Below, piece after piece: positions 25,863-39,700 of a stretch of DNA of 64,000 bases. Origin of the DNA: Iphione sp. A-MEVVRFRX5 (Eukaryota); contig OZ320320.1 in the NCBI GenBank assembly GCA_976226885.1, positions 83,514,001 through 83,578,000 of the forward strand, read 5' to 3'. A program made the position numbers and the translations under genes. Within the stretch, counting starts at the first letter, position 1. Each line of letters opens with the position of its first letter. The notes beneath the pieces are model-generated. The model saw nothing but the letters and a program-made list of their open reading frames with translations, had not been told where the DNA came from and ran no database searches.

Positions 25863-27049
25863 TAATTTAGATCTATTTCCTAGAAACTAGACACAATAAA
25901 GGGGACCAGGGACGGGGCCAGCCATGCAGTGATATCTGCATGGATACCTTGGAATGTAGCTAGGGACATACCACTGCTGATTACCATTATTAAACATCTC
26001 TGCAGTCACACCTGAGCTCAGATTTCGACGCCAAGCTGAAAAAACATGATACAATGTATAGTTTGTTTTCCAAGTATAGCTCTTAAAATGGACATGACAA
26101 TATTCAAGTACAGAAAAGATTCTATACCATTGCTCAACCTTCAGTAGATGTAAAAGCCTTTTGGAAAAATTGTAATTTTAACCTGGGTGGCCAAGATATG
26201 TCTTTATTCAAAGAATCCTTGTGAGTTCATGCAAAGTGGAAGGGCTGGTCAACTTTTTGCAAAGTTGACTTGATGTAATTATTTAGAAAGCAGCATTACC
26301 AAAATCACATATATTATATCAGACAGGTGGTATTAGGGCCTATTGTCAGGTAGAATTATATAGAGGTAGTGTAATTAATGTACATGTACATACATTGGCA
26401 GAATCATTCATCAAAGTGCAGGGAGAGAGTTATTCACAAAAACATTAGCCTTCATCCATACAGTCAGACCTCATTACCGGGAGGGCTGCCGTTCCCAACA
26501 ATGATCCAGATACGGGATAATCCCCTTGGTAAATCGGCACTTCTTCTAATGGGGAAAACTTGCATAATAGTAAAGTATTCATGATTTATTGGATTGAACA
26601 TTACATATTTCTATGTGAGATCAATTTCTAAGTGCTACAGAGGCATCTCCTGGTGGTGAACACTTGCATGATAATAAAATATGGATGAATTATCAGAATT
26701 CAGTTATTGAATTGGATTGTTGTTCATTAGCTGTCTTCATTGGTACATACACAGATTTTCAGAATATTGATAACAAATAGAATACAGGAGTGGTTGAAAT
26801 GAATCACACACATATCAGATGAAAACCGACACCAAATGGGAATGGGAATAACAGAGCTGTTGAACAAAATGACACACTATACCTCTCTTCAGGTGTAACC
26901 TGATCTCGGTTCCTGGGTGGACCATGTATATGAAATAATGATTCAAATAAATACATTTCCCTGAGATCCCTTATTATTATATCCTCGAAAAGTATCTTGA
27001 TCAAGCAATGTATAATTATGTGCTACAGATTTGTTCTGGTGCTAGTTCC

Positions 27050-29690
27050 AGTTCATTAGTGACAAACTGCCAGTATTCAGTCCTTAGTTACATTAGTTCA
27101 GTGGCACGCATCATTACAATGCTCTTAATGAGATCTGCAGCTGGCATAAATATTAATCATTTTAGCCATTCTTCAGGCAGGGCTGGCGGACCTTATTGCA
27201 TCAACTGATGTATCACAGAAAGGGCCCTGTGTAAGACCAGATCCTCAATCCTCTCGATCCTGAGACGCTTGTTGATAACTCTTGCAGGCAGGTGTTGTTT
27301 GGACAGCACACAGACGCTGACACATCAGTTCAAATGAAGACCAAATGCATCAACTGATGTGTCACAGAAAGGACCCTGTGTAAGACCAGATCTTCTATCC
27401 TCTCGATCCCGAGATGCGTGTTGATAACTCTTGCAGGCAGGTGTTGTTTGGACAGCACACAGACGCTGACACATCAGTTCAAATGAAGACCAAATGCATC
27501 AACTGATGTGTCACAGAAAGGACCCTGTGTAAGACCAGATCTTCAATCCTCTCGATCCCGAGATGCGTGTTGATAACTCTTGCAGGCAGGTGTTGTTTGG
27601 ACAGCACACAGACGCTGACACATCAGTTCAAATGAAGACCAAATGCATCAACTGATGTGTCACAGAAAGGACCCTGTGTAAGACCAGATCTTCTATCCTC
27701 TCGATCCCAAGACGCATGTTGATAACTCTTGCAGGCAGGTGTTGTTTGGACAGCACACAGACGCTGACACATCAGTTCAAATGAAGACCAAATGCATCAG
27801 CTGATGTTTCACAGAAAGGACCCTGTGTAAGACCAGATCTTCAATCCTCTCGATCCCAAGACACATGTTGATAACTCTTGCAGAAAGGTGTTGTTTTGAC
27901 TGTACAAAGGGCACTAATGGATCTGTCACAGAAAGAGCCCTGTGTAGGACAAGGTCCTCAATCCTCTCGATCCGGAGACACATGTTGAGAGCTCTTGCAG
28001 ACAGGTGTTGTTTGGACTCCACACAGATACGGACACATCGGTTCAGATGAATTTGGAGATTACAAGTCGTTGCACTCGAACATCTGAAAAACAGCCCAGC
28101 TCCGCAATGTAGGTAGGGCAGCACTAAGGCTTTGAAGAGCTCTAGGCGAATCCCCATCGGTAGCAGCTGTTTGGCCCTGCCTATCTTCAGCGACGCCATC
28201 CACATCCTAATTGCAATGGCACTGAGGGCACACTGAGCTGTCTCTTGAAGGTGAAGGACGTCAAGCGCGCTAACAAGTATTAACAAGATCATCATCGTAC
28301 ACTACAGCTGAACAGTCCGGGCAAAGGTGCTCCGTGATGTTGTCTATGATAATACTTAATGCTTTGGGGCCAAACACGAAGCCTTGAAGAACTCCGTGGA
28401 GAATCAGCTGCCTGGCCAAGTCCCACCCCAGGCATCTCGCATACTGAGTGCACCCTGTGAAATAACTCCCCACTAATTTGCACACCTGGGCTTGCACCTG
28501 CCTGATGCAGACAATTCAGCACACCTGAGGAAGGCACCAGATCAAATGCCTTCCTCAAGTCGAATGCCAGTAGCATAGGCCATCATTCACTAACTCAGTG
28601 GTGCGCCAAAGGAGAGTCACAACTGCAGCTTCAGTATGGCGGCTGGGCCTGAAACCATGCTGGTGGTTTCTTAGGAACCTGCGTGTTTCCAGCTGTCGCA
28701 TCAGATCTCCTACAAACCAGACCTCGAAAACTTTCCCCAGGAGAGACAAAATGGATACAGGCCTGTAATTTCAGAGGAGGTTTTTTGTCTCTCGTTCTTA
28801 TGGAGAGACATTACTCAGGCAAGCTTCCATGCATTTGAATAGGTGCCCTGTTACTATTATCCGAGCGACCACCCAGGGGACGAAGTGAAGCGACAGGGGA
28901 AGTTCAAACATCATCGATTCATCCCGATGCTTTCGGTAGGCACCTCTCGAGCGGTTGAATTGTCGTTGGACACTCGTGGCTAAAACTTTGGATGTAGGTG
29001 GATGACGTTGGTAGCTGGAGGAGTATGTGCTGACTTGGCCAGTTTGGCTATCTCATCGATAAAATAGTTGTTGAAACTGTCACCTACATGACCAGTCAAA
29101 GCATCTGCACACAGCATTATTAGTTGACGCTGTCCCCTACCTAGTGCTTCATTCATGATGCCCCCCGTAGCTTTGAAGCATCACTACAGGCTTGTCTCTC
29201 ACCTGAAATAGCCAGTGTTGCTTCTGGTTCTTCTGTGTTGCTTTTTTTGACAACAGAGCTTAAATGTTTGAAGATCAACAGAGCCACCCCTCTTCCAAAC
29301 ACGGAACAAGTACGCCTTATCAGTGGTGAGTTCCAATACACTCTCGTCTAGCTGGAAACTGCCATCTTGTTCTGATCTTGAATGCCACCCTTTCAGGGCA
29401 CGTCCCTTGATATGGGGGATAATATGGTTCCAGACCTCCTCCGGGTCTTCTCGCTGATTGATGACGTCCTCCAGAAGTGCCTGATGGAGCACAAATTACC
29501 AGCCTTCTCTTATACTGGGCCTTGAAGGAGGAGACAATGATCCTATAGCAGCCAGAGGCTGGCCGTGGGAAGTGGTGCTTTGAGGTAGCTACTTGTTGAT
29601 GGTGTGATTTTGGAGAAGGTCTTGGAGGTCCTGTGGCTCCCAGCATTATCACAGAGGAGGAGGAGGAGGTAACGGCTCCCTAGGACTTGG
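27050..29690 (-). mobile_element. Decayed L2/CR1-group LINE (RT region with frameshifts)
   Basis: Minus-strand fragments NHQHGFRPSRHTEAAV, AFDLRKAFDLV, GVLQGFVFGP, YDDD and LELFKALVLPYLHC, similar to the LINE at 36.8-38.0 kb. Confidence 0.85.
27195..27990. repeat. 149-bp tandem array (~5 copies) derived from the LINE ORF2 C-terminal coding region
   Basis: AAGACCAGAT recurs at 27233, 27382, 27531, 27680 and 27829. The unit is collinear with LINE coding sequence (RIERIEDLVLHRAL). Confidence 0.9.
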
Positions 29691-29699
29691 CTCTATTAT

Positions 29700-30600
29700 C
29701 CATCACCTCCAGGAAATCTTCTCCCAGAGGAGAGATGTTATCCAGGCCTTGGCGTTATGGCTGCAATGGACATACAATGTACATGCCAGGATCTGGACAT
29801 ACGTGCCAGGATCAAAGTCTTTCCAAAACACCTGGGCTTCGCTGCCTTTCCCATCAAGAAAGGCCTTACCTTGTCAGTGCTTGTAGAATTACAGCACAGG
29901 GCTACTATAATTCTGTCCTTTAATTTTTTCTCTCTCTTCACTGGTCCAGTTGAGAGGGTACATGTTGGTTTGACTTTATAGAAAAGCCTAGTCTCATCCA
30001 CATGATATTATATCCTGTGGATTGGACCCTTCCAGGTGCAGCTGCAGTTTGGAGCATCCAACACATACAATGGTGGTCAATCAGAGCTAGGCACCCAAGA
30101 GAAATTGTCGCATATTTTAACCTCCCTGTTGCAAAAATACAATCAGTTTACGGCTGAACCAGTGATCACTGAGAGAGGGTTGTCGCATTCTTTGCAGTCT
30201 GTGTCACATGTTTTTTCGCGAAGTGCGAGAGGTTGCCCAGCCCTGTCAATGCCGGTGGTCTCACCATGTTGTCTGTGCACTCTTATGTGATATTGTCACT
30301 TGGAATGACTGATCCAGATGTATACAAATTCTTGAATATTCAGATCATGATTGAGCTGCCTGGCTTTCTCAATCAGCATTTTGTTGCTGACCATTGCCCG
30401 TCTCCCTTTGATGTCCTGAAACCATATAAGCAATGCCTGCTCCGTCTTGGACTGGCATCGTTCCCAGGAACGGCACAGCTAGCTGTCTTCAGAGCTCATT
30501 GATACCAAATGATTGGAATGCTTGAGAAAACCACATGTGGTTGGTCTGGGAATAGCAAATCCCTGTTTCAAAGAAAACATCTGAGTCCAGGCAATCTGTG
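29700..30600 (-). mobile_element. Tigger/pogo transposase remnant (CENP-B-type HTH + DDE)
   Basis: MDETRLFYK...KDRIIVALCCNSTSTDKVRPFLMGKAAKPRCF (DDE N-terminal part) and EQALLIWFQD...VSNKMLIEKARQL (HTH), both disrupted. Confidence 0.85.
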
Positions 30601-33174
30601 AGCATGTTGGGTGCGCCACCTAATGCTCACCCAACTCCTCCTTCTGGGCATTTGTTATGCAAATCCTATGTCTTTCCGGGATTGGCTGAGACAGGATGAA
30701 TGGTAAGGGATGCCTGGGGGGTTCAGCCCCCTGACATTCCAGTGACCCCACGCTCTTTGACGTTTTGACATATACAACATTTACTCCAAGTTCTCTGCTA
30801 CATTCTCTCCTACTCCAAGAGGGAAGCCAATTTGTCATGATGAATATAACCGGAAATATACCTATTTTCAATGATTTGATTTTAGTTGATTTATCATTTC
30901 AGAAGTTGTACTTCTCCCAAAGATTCCTGGACTGTTCAAAGTCTTTAAATCAACATTTTTCTTTTAAGAAAATGTCTGGAAAAGATGCAAAGTGGAAGCA
31001 TTCATCTGGAACTAGCCAAGAGAGATATTTATTCTGTTTCATTAAGGGAGTTAATCATCTGTTTTTTTTAGAAAAGAGCACAGTTCCTCCAGCAAGGTTC
31101 AAACAAAACATATACATGATAATACAGTGCAATACAAGAAAATAAAAGTTGTATCTTTAACAATCAGCGAACTGCTTCTTATTGATACAGTTCTGGCACA
31201 ATATATAATTATGTGATTCAAAATAATATCTGTCATTTAACTGTAGAGAATATGGAATATTTTGTAACTGAAAGAGGCTGCTTCAAAAAGTTTGTGGAGA
31301 GATATATTACATTGGAAGATTCAAATCTGTGTCTTAAAACCATATGGCCAGTTTTAGTACACTTAACCCAGACTTAATTCTGGATGAGTTAGTTCCATAA
31401 GATTGAATAGGAAATCGTCTTGCAGGAGTGAAAGATTGATGTTATTCTGATGGGGTTAATTAATCATACTAACTTGCAGGATTAATTCTAATCCAAGCAG
31501 TTAAATGAAACATGTAGATAGTGGCTAAGCTCATACTATCACTTCTAAAGGTCAGATTCTAACAAAGCAGATTCTAACAAAGATTCTAACATATCAAATT
31601 AAAGCTAAGGGCCTAAAGAAGAAAATGAGCCATAGTGTGTCTTTCTAGGATATATAGTAAGGAAACTATAGCGGTTTGAAAAGGTCACCACTAATCACAA
31701 CCATAGCATCAGCAGAACCGTGATGAAATGACATCATTTTTACTGTGATTAGTGCTGATTCTTCACACTTCCATAGTTTCCTTCCTAATGATCCTAGAAA
31801 GTTATAGGTCATTCTCTTCCTGAGGTCCTTAGCTTTCATATAAACTTTGTTGCATTCACATCGGAGCAGTAGAAGTGGAGCAGCAGCCTTTAGAGAGCAC
31901 TGACAGTCTGGACTTGTCCCACAGATAAATGAAATGTCACCAAAAATGGAGCAAAATGATGCTGTTTACATTTGTTCAGAGATGAGTGTGTAGCAAAACT
32001 GTACGACCATAGAATCCTAGAGAGCCCTACGGTGGCTAATTGGCCCTACTATGGCTGATTGCCTTCCTTGGGTCATGAGCTTTCATTTGAGATATATTTC
32101 ATTAAAATCAAACTATTGGAAGGCTCAGGCCTTTTATAGCATTGACTACAGGAATGTGGTAAATCTTTGCACCATTTAACCAATCCGTCACTAACCCTGT
32201 CAGAGGGACTAACTATTCCTGGCTTAACCCAGAAATAAATTAATCCTGGGACTAACTTTAACCCCATGCCCCAACAAGCGGCCATAGAGTCCATATCCTT
32301 AGCAGGGCATGTACCCGCACATGCATGTTCCAAGTACATTTACAAAGTAGTTCATCTTCAAAGTGTTCCGTTACAAGTATCAATTTTCAACATGCTACAT
32401 ATAAATTCCGTTATCAAAAACATATCAAACCTTACAAATATAAATGTATAGAGGTGAGATTAACCCCACTAAAACTTTAGATGAGCATGTATATGACTTA
32501 TGAAAAACACAAATACTTTAAAATTGCTTCCGTTACTTTGATAAAGGAGAATTTACACAACTTCATAGATCCTCTAGGTCAAGAAAAGAGTGTTCCAGGA
32601 TAACGTGTGAGATCATAATTTTGTAAGATATTCCAAGCTAGGGACAGAAAAAAACTCTACTGCAGTTCATCCGAAAGATGTTCTATGATGAAGATATTAC
32701 TGAAAATATATTCCAATATCAGAAACCTTTAAAGATGCACTACATGCCCACACCACCGCACTGCATGAATGTACTACTCACCCCTACTGTGCTAGCTGTG
32801 TGCCAACTGGCTCATTACCGCCCACTTCGAAAACAGTGGAAACTCTCTACTACGGACAGCAAAGGGACTGCCCAAAAACTGTCCATAAAGAGGGGTGCCC
32901 TTTATAGCAGGGGTATTTAAACATGACTATATAGAGTTGGTTCCTCTCCAGTCCGTCCATAATGAGGGGTGTCCTTTATAGTGGGTGTCCTTTGTAGAGG
33001 GGTTCCACTGTACACTTAATTACCTCCCCTCCCTGCTGTCCATTTACAAAAGGGAGCCAAGAGGTTAACATCACACACAAATTAACTGAGGTGATGCAAG
33101 CCTGTGCAAACAGCTAGGTTGACTAGTAGAGAAACACTCAAATAATTGTACATGTCTTCTTGTTCTCATCATAG

Positions 33175-33322
33175 GTGTCTGGATGGCCATCATGGTGAAT
33201 TTTGTGAAGATGGGCTAGCAGTTGAATTCATCGCAGCAATTTTAGCCTCATCATTTGGGATTTTTGCACTTATTTTTGGAATTGGTTTGATTGTAACTGC
33301 CTGTAGAAAGGCTAAATCATAA
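33175..33322 (+). CDS. Second, intact copy of the terminal EGF-end/TM/stop exon of the Sushi-EGF gene (candidate alternative last exon)
   Basis: Same phase-2 acceptor (tcatag|) as 25718. ORF QCLDGHHGEFCEDGLAVEFIAAILASSFGIFALIFGIGLIVTACRKAKS*. The flanking intron and 3'UTR are also homologous to 25570-26460. Confidence 0.7.
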
Positions 33323-34394
33323 TTTAGATCTATCATCAAGGAAATAGATGGAATGCATGTGGCTAGGGACAGGGCCAGCAATGTAGTGATACTGTGGTGT
33401 GTGACCATTAAATGTCTCTGCAGTCGAGCATGAAGTCAGATTCCTGCTCCCAGCAAAAAAATATAGTATGATGTATGGTTTGTTTTTAACATACAGCTCC
33501 CACAGTGTGCAAAACAACACACCAGTACAGAAAATGTCATATACCATTGGTGCAACTCTTTTGCAACCAAATGTAATTTTGACCCAGGTGACCACCATAT
33601 TTCTCTATTCAAATAAACTGTGTGAGTTAATCAGAAGTGGGAGGGTAGGAAAACAAAGTTAATTTCTCTGTGATGTAAGGATTTAGAAAGCAGCATGGCT
33701 CATTAGCCCACTTCCTTTCCAGTAGAAATAGATATATTAATACAACTTAAATTATCAAAATCACATCAATTATCTGAGACAGATGGTATTCGGGCCTACA
33801 CCAGGGCAGCACTTTACATAAGTAGTGTAATCATGTACAGACATTTAACAGAATCATTCATCAAGGTACATGGTACTAAAACAGCAATACTAAAACCGAA
33901 ACAGACTGAAGAGACAAACATGTAGATGATTGTCTTTCAGCAAAAGAAGTGTTTCTTACAAGTTGGCCAAAATATTTGAGCATTTGGATTTAGGATACAC
34001 TTAAATTTGAAACAACAACACCCGTCGTTGAGAAGCAACAAGGCATAAGAAAAGGAAAAAGCCAATTACATATCACATGAATATATTATTCAATTATTTA
34101 TTAGCACAAAAAAGTTGTAAAGTCCTATAAAGTAACAAGTCTGGATAGTCGAGTTGATTTACCTGCTATCGCATACCCCAGTATCTTGGCACTCACAGAT
34201 AGGGGCGAGCTTGCGTGGCCCAATTCGTGGTCTTCATTCGGAGTTGCTGCTCGAAATGTGGAAATGGGTTTTCACAAACGTGAAGGCCCTGCATCTGTGC
34301 TTATGTAGCCTACAAATATGATACCAAACTCCTACTTTAATACAGAGTTTATGTTGCTTCTGAAACTCAATTTTTAGACATTGTGATGGTTGCA

Positions 34395-34700
34395 AGCCAT
34401 GATCATACAAGAGCACTCTTAGATGGATGATGGTTCTCTCTAAAATAAATATCTTATTTTGTGTTTTATCTGGAGCATTTAATTATTAAGATGATAACAA
34501 GTCATGATCATACTACAGCATTCTTAGATGGGTGTTGGCTCCCTCTGACATGGTTCTTATCAGTATTCTCTCATGGTTCTTATCAGTATTCTATCTAGAG
34601 CATTTAATCATTGTTATGATAACAAGTCATGATCATACTTGAGCACTCTAAGATGGCTGATTGCTGCATGTGAATTGGTTCTTGTCTTATTTTGTGTTCT
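34395..34700. repeat. Degenerate ~115-bp tandem repeat (about 3 copies)
   Basis: CATGATCATAC...CTTAGATGG...GAGCATTTAA...GATAACAAGT recurs. Confidence 0.7.
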
Positions 34701-36427
34701 GGAGAAACATAGATGGGTATTCCATATTCTGTTAAGGAATAATTATATGATTATGAATTAATTTAACATTGCATCTATCTGAAACCTGGTTGAATTATTT
34801 ATTGTACTGCCTTTAGTTGTTCTGTGAAGATAGCAGGAACTTTTTAATAAATAACTAAAATTGGATCTGTGTGGACCTTTCTATGTATTAAAATATAAGC
34901 CAGATGGCAAACTGCTTTTGATGATATTAAAAAAGAATGCTATAACAAATATTTTAGAACTTAAGGCATCAACGTATTCAGAATATATTTAGAAGTATTA
35001 AATGTTTTACTGATTATAATTCTGTAACTAATCGAGATAAAGAGATGGTGGGATCATCAAAACAAAGCCAGAAATATTTCTATCTAAACCTTTCAAAATC
35101 TAAGAACTGTCATTCTTCGTGCTTGTGATTGGTTTTTATGGAGCAAGTTACGCTTTCTGCTGCCTATATCTGAAAAAATTAAAGGAACAATTCTAAGCAC
35201 ATCAATGATATCATTTGTCCAACTACGCACTATTTAATTTGATCCACCAGCCATATATTTCACTTACAGCGAAAGGAATAGAAGGAATTTTCACATGTAC
35301 GCTGAATCTTCTGTTTTGCAGCACCTCACTCTTCCAGCACCCTCACTCTTACGATCAAAATTACTCAGTACAGAATGAAACCACGTTACATAAGCAATAT
35401 TTGATGCATATGAACTTTCACTTCAATTATCACATCTTGGTAAGGACGTGGCCTAAAGATCAATATTAAATGATAATGTCTGCTGGAAAGGACTTGGTTC
35501 CTGCATTCAGTCATCATAGACATGAATGAACAGTCTGGCAAGGACTTTGTTCCTGCAGTACGGCATCGTAAACATAAGCTTATATTTTGGGAAGGATTTT
35601 GTCCTTAAATTACTGGGTTAATAACTGGGCTAGAAATGGACTTTGTCTGCCCTCCTGTTATATGAAAGACTTATTACGTGAGAAGAAATTTACAACCCGA
35701 CAACAACGAACGTTTATTACGGCGGCATTTTACTAACACAAACTTATTTATTGTTCGATTTTTAGGTAAAATGTTATGTTACTCTATCTGGCTGCAAATA
35801 CCTTTATGTATGAATTTTGCCAGTTAAAATAGAGACTTAATAATAATAAGAAGAAGAACAAGAACAAGAAGAAGAAGAAGAAGAAGAAGAAGAAAAAGAA
35901 CTCCTCTCTATTCTCGTACTCTCACTATATCCGACATAACCCTTTGGTAGCAAGCAGTGTTTGCAATAGCGAGGTTCCTTTCTAATGTTACCGACGATGT
36001 TTTCTGTTCATCAACACACATGTACTTAATTTGGATAGAAATCTCATTTTCATCGTGTTGAGTAATTTTTGTCTGTTCACTATAAAAAAAAGATTATAAA
36101 AATTGATTTTTCTGCTGATTAGGCATATTTCCCACACCAGCAAATGAAATTTGAATATTTATTACAAGGCCTCTGGCCTGACATGCTTGACCTCTGGCCT
36201 GAACTTGCATGTCAACAGGGCAGGCTGGCATTGCTGGCCTAAGACTATAAATGTATCCCCTCACATACAAAGTACAGTGTATATAATAATAAAATAATGA
36301 TATTATGAAGATATTCGTGTACCATCTGAGCTTTATTCGTCTTTGCCATGAAACAGAGCACATATGTGCACGTACAGTACTCCTGCAGGGCAGAGACCTT
36401 GTTGCTGGCCTGCTATGCTAATTATGT

Positions 36428-36525
36428 GAAGAAGAAGAAGAAGAAGAAGAAGAAGAAGAAGAACAAGAACAAGAACAACAACAACAAGAAGAACAAGAAC
36501 AACAACAAGAACAAGAAGAAGATTA
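36428..36525. repeat. (AAG/AAC)n microsatellite; a similar tract lies at 35840-35900
   Basis: Direct reading. Confidence 0.95.
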
Positions 36526-36754
36526 TAAGGAGCATATGTGTACCTAAACAATGCGCCTGAGGGACAATAACGTTGTGCTCTTGAGGAGACATTCTACCAT
36601 TTACGAGACATAAAAGTCATAACATGATTACAGCGTCGAATGATAATACACAATGAAAACTTTTATAGTAAATTACATTTTTAGGGGGTGAGGTGGGTTG
36701 GGTTGAAACATCGTGACGGTTAAATACAATTAGGGTTGGGACAAGGAACTTCTA

Positions 36755-38110
36755 AAAAACTACAGACCAGTGTCTATCATTCCAACACCTGGGAAACTGT
36801 GCGAAGATTGGTTTGTCAATGACATCAATCGGTTCTTGGAGAGCTCAAACAAACTTCCTGATGCGCAGCACGGTTTCAGAAGACACCGGAGTACTGAAAC
36901 TGCGATAGTGAGGATACTAAACGTGGTCCAAGAGAGGATGAATGCAAAAAAGCTGGTCTGCCTTTTGATATATGATCTGAAAAAGGCGTTCGATTTGGCC
37001 CCACCTGCTGAAGTGATCAATAGGTTGAGGGTCTTTGGCCTGGGAGAAAAAACAGTGTCAATGGTAACAGGTTACTTCGAAGACCGCTCCCAGTATGTTC
37101 GTTGCCAGGGACATGATTCAACCTGCAAGAACCTTGAACGTGGCGTTCCGCAAGGATCAATTTTTGGTCCGCATGCATTTGGGATGATTATGAGTAGCTT
37201 GGAATCAGCTCTACCGGCAGATACAACCCTGGTTATGTATGCAGATGATATCACAGTTATTGTTGAAGCAGAGGACGTTGAAGGGCTGTGCAAGACTGCG
37301 AATGGGGTGAGTGAGATACTACTGGAATGGCCTGGTAGGAATGGGCTTCTGATCAGTAAGGAGAAGTGCTCTTACTTGCCCATGGGCAATTTAGCGGGAC
37401 GTGATCTGGACCTCCACATAGACGGTGAGTCACTGGGAATGACTCAGTGTGCCAATCTACTTGGTTTCTGGATTGATGGGAAGCTAAAGATGGTTGAGGA
37501 ATTGAAAAGGCTGAAACGGAAGATGTGGCCATGTGCGTTGAGGATTGGCAGATTGAAAGGGGTATTGCCAAAGGAAGCCAGGGGCCTCCTTTTCAAGTCC
37601 TTAGTAATGTCGCATTTGCAGTACCATGCTGTCACCATTTTCTCGATAACATCTACCTTGAGACATGACCTACAGTTGTTCCTAAACAAGTGCGTTCGTG
37701 TAGCACTGAGGCTGAAAAAGCAGACTTCAGTCACGGCTGTGTATAGGAGTCATGGGATTGGACGAGTCGAGGACATACTGGACCATGCCGCTAGGAGAGC
37801 AATCCATCAACAAGTACAGTTGGGCCTAATACAGTTGGCTGAGCCCACAAGAACTCGGGAGGGGATGTCAAAAAGGGTTATGTTGCCACATCCGAGAAGT
37901 GCTCGCTTTGCTAGCTCTCTGAGGTATCAAGGTGCAAAAATGTGGAACTCCCTTCCAGAAGAGATGAAACTCAGGAGGAAGATCAAATTACAGGCCTGAT
38001 GAAGTCTAAGGGCTTGCTCATGGTGGCTGAATCTTGTGACACCTATTCTACTATTTCATTTCTCTCGGCTATGGGCGCTGTAGGCCTCTAATAATGGCAA
38101 TAGCAATAAG
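36755..38110 (+). mobile_element. 5'-truncated L2/CR1-group LINE with an uninterrupted RT ORF (36770-37999, 409 aa)
   Basis: NYRPVSII, QHGFRRHRST, YDLKKAFDL, GVPQGSIFGP, YADD motifs. Short 3'UTR with an AAT-like tail. No endonuclease domain. Confidence 0.92.
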
Positions 38111-39041
38111 GCTAATATGTCAATATTTCAACTTTAATATCCACTAAAATAGCTAGGACACGCACACCATATTATAAGGCAGTATTCCTCCTACGTAACG
38201 ATGTACTGCTATTTCTAATTCTTTATTATTTCTCTACTTTTCACTCTTAGATTCTTAAGGCAGTACTGCCATCACTTTCAACAGTGAGTTATCATAGGTC
38301 ATAATATGTTTCCCAATTACACAGCTAACCTGCAATAGCACTTGTCTGTGGTATACCTGTGTCGAGTGGATTGTTATATTGTACATCACAATGCTCATAT
38401 CTATCTGATACACAATATTTCACCATGTAAAGGTTAATCTTCATCTGATTGAACATAAATTTCTTTTTTATGTAAACCAGACAGTTTCACACATGCATGT
38501 ATAAAGTCGTAATTTATATTGCTCCAATACTACTTTTGCAGTCATGTGAGCTGAGTACACAAAAAAACTTGGCTCCTATGTATATATGTTCTGTTTCCAA
38601 TGTTATTTCTTTCTTATTATTCAATTTGGTCACATCAACATTGATTATCTCAATTTTCATTGTCCAATATTGTTCCGAAGATCTTTGTAATTGTATACGA
38701 AGATGTCCAATAAAAATTATTGTATTGTATTGTATTGTAAATCGAGTTAAATCCGTCTAGCCGTTGGGGCGACTGCAGCGACCTCTTTGTTGAGTTTGGG
38801 GATACACAGTCACTGCGAACACAGTAACATACAACCCACCACACACCGTTACTACACATGATTGTGTGATGTCATCATAGGAGATCCACACAGCAGTTTA
38901 ATTGTTGTATTTCAAGACGTTGTCTTGTTAACATAAGAGAAGTGACGGTGTTTTAATTCACCCCAGAGATCCCCTCACTGAAATACGAGAAATGATCTTA
39001 CAATGTGCCAAGGTTTTACACGATACCGTACTGACGTGTAC

Positions 39042-39700
39042 TGTAATAAGTCATGGGAGCATTGGCCAGCTCTGTGAATAATGAAATAGGAACAAACAAT
39101 TTTAATAAAGAAAATACACACGAGAAAACGTGGTGCTGGCGGGGGGGGGGGGGTGATGGGCCGATCTGCCTGACAACCCGAGGCAGACTGTCTGTAGCTA
39201 TGTGAGCGTGCATTGGTGTCGCCCCCTGATGTGAGATGTTCGAAATACGAAGCCACCTGTCGACAGGTACCAGACCATTCACATCGCCCTCATACCGTAC
39301 GTATCAGCTCACACTCACTGGGGATTCCTACCATCAAGGCGTACCGCCACTCGGTCTGACCAGTCCGACAACTAGGCCTCTGAAATACCGGGTGGGAATT
39401 CGTTTGTGATATATTACTGAACTCTTTGGTATATAAAGCCTATCTTGAGAGGCGTGTGTTGTCACGAGAGGCGTACTAGAGGCGACATCTGGGGAGGACT
39501 TGTTGTAACATTCACGTTTTGGGCGCTACGGTGGCGACACCTGGAACTCTCATTCTGATGACAAACTGTGGTGACCACAGGTCAAGAAAGACCATATATA
39601 TGTGTGTGTGTGTTTGCATCATGTTACTGGAAACACAGACTCGTGTACGACACTGATAACGATTGAAAATGTTTTATTTTGGAATACCAATGGTGTTACA
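39042..39700 (+). mobile_element. Possible solo LTR
   Basis: TGTAA...TTACA termini and an internal TATATAAA. No TSD confirmed. Confidence 0.35.

Noticed and set aside
36770-37999. Active retrotransposon or domesticated RT gene
   Set aside because: 5'-truncated at the start of the RT domain, with no endonuclease, ORF1 or promoter; the intact frame only indicates a young insertion.
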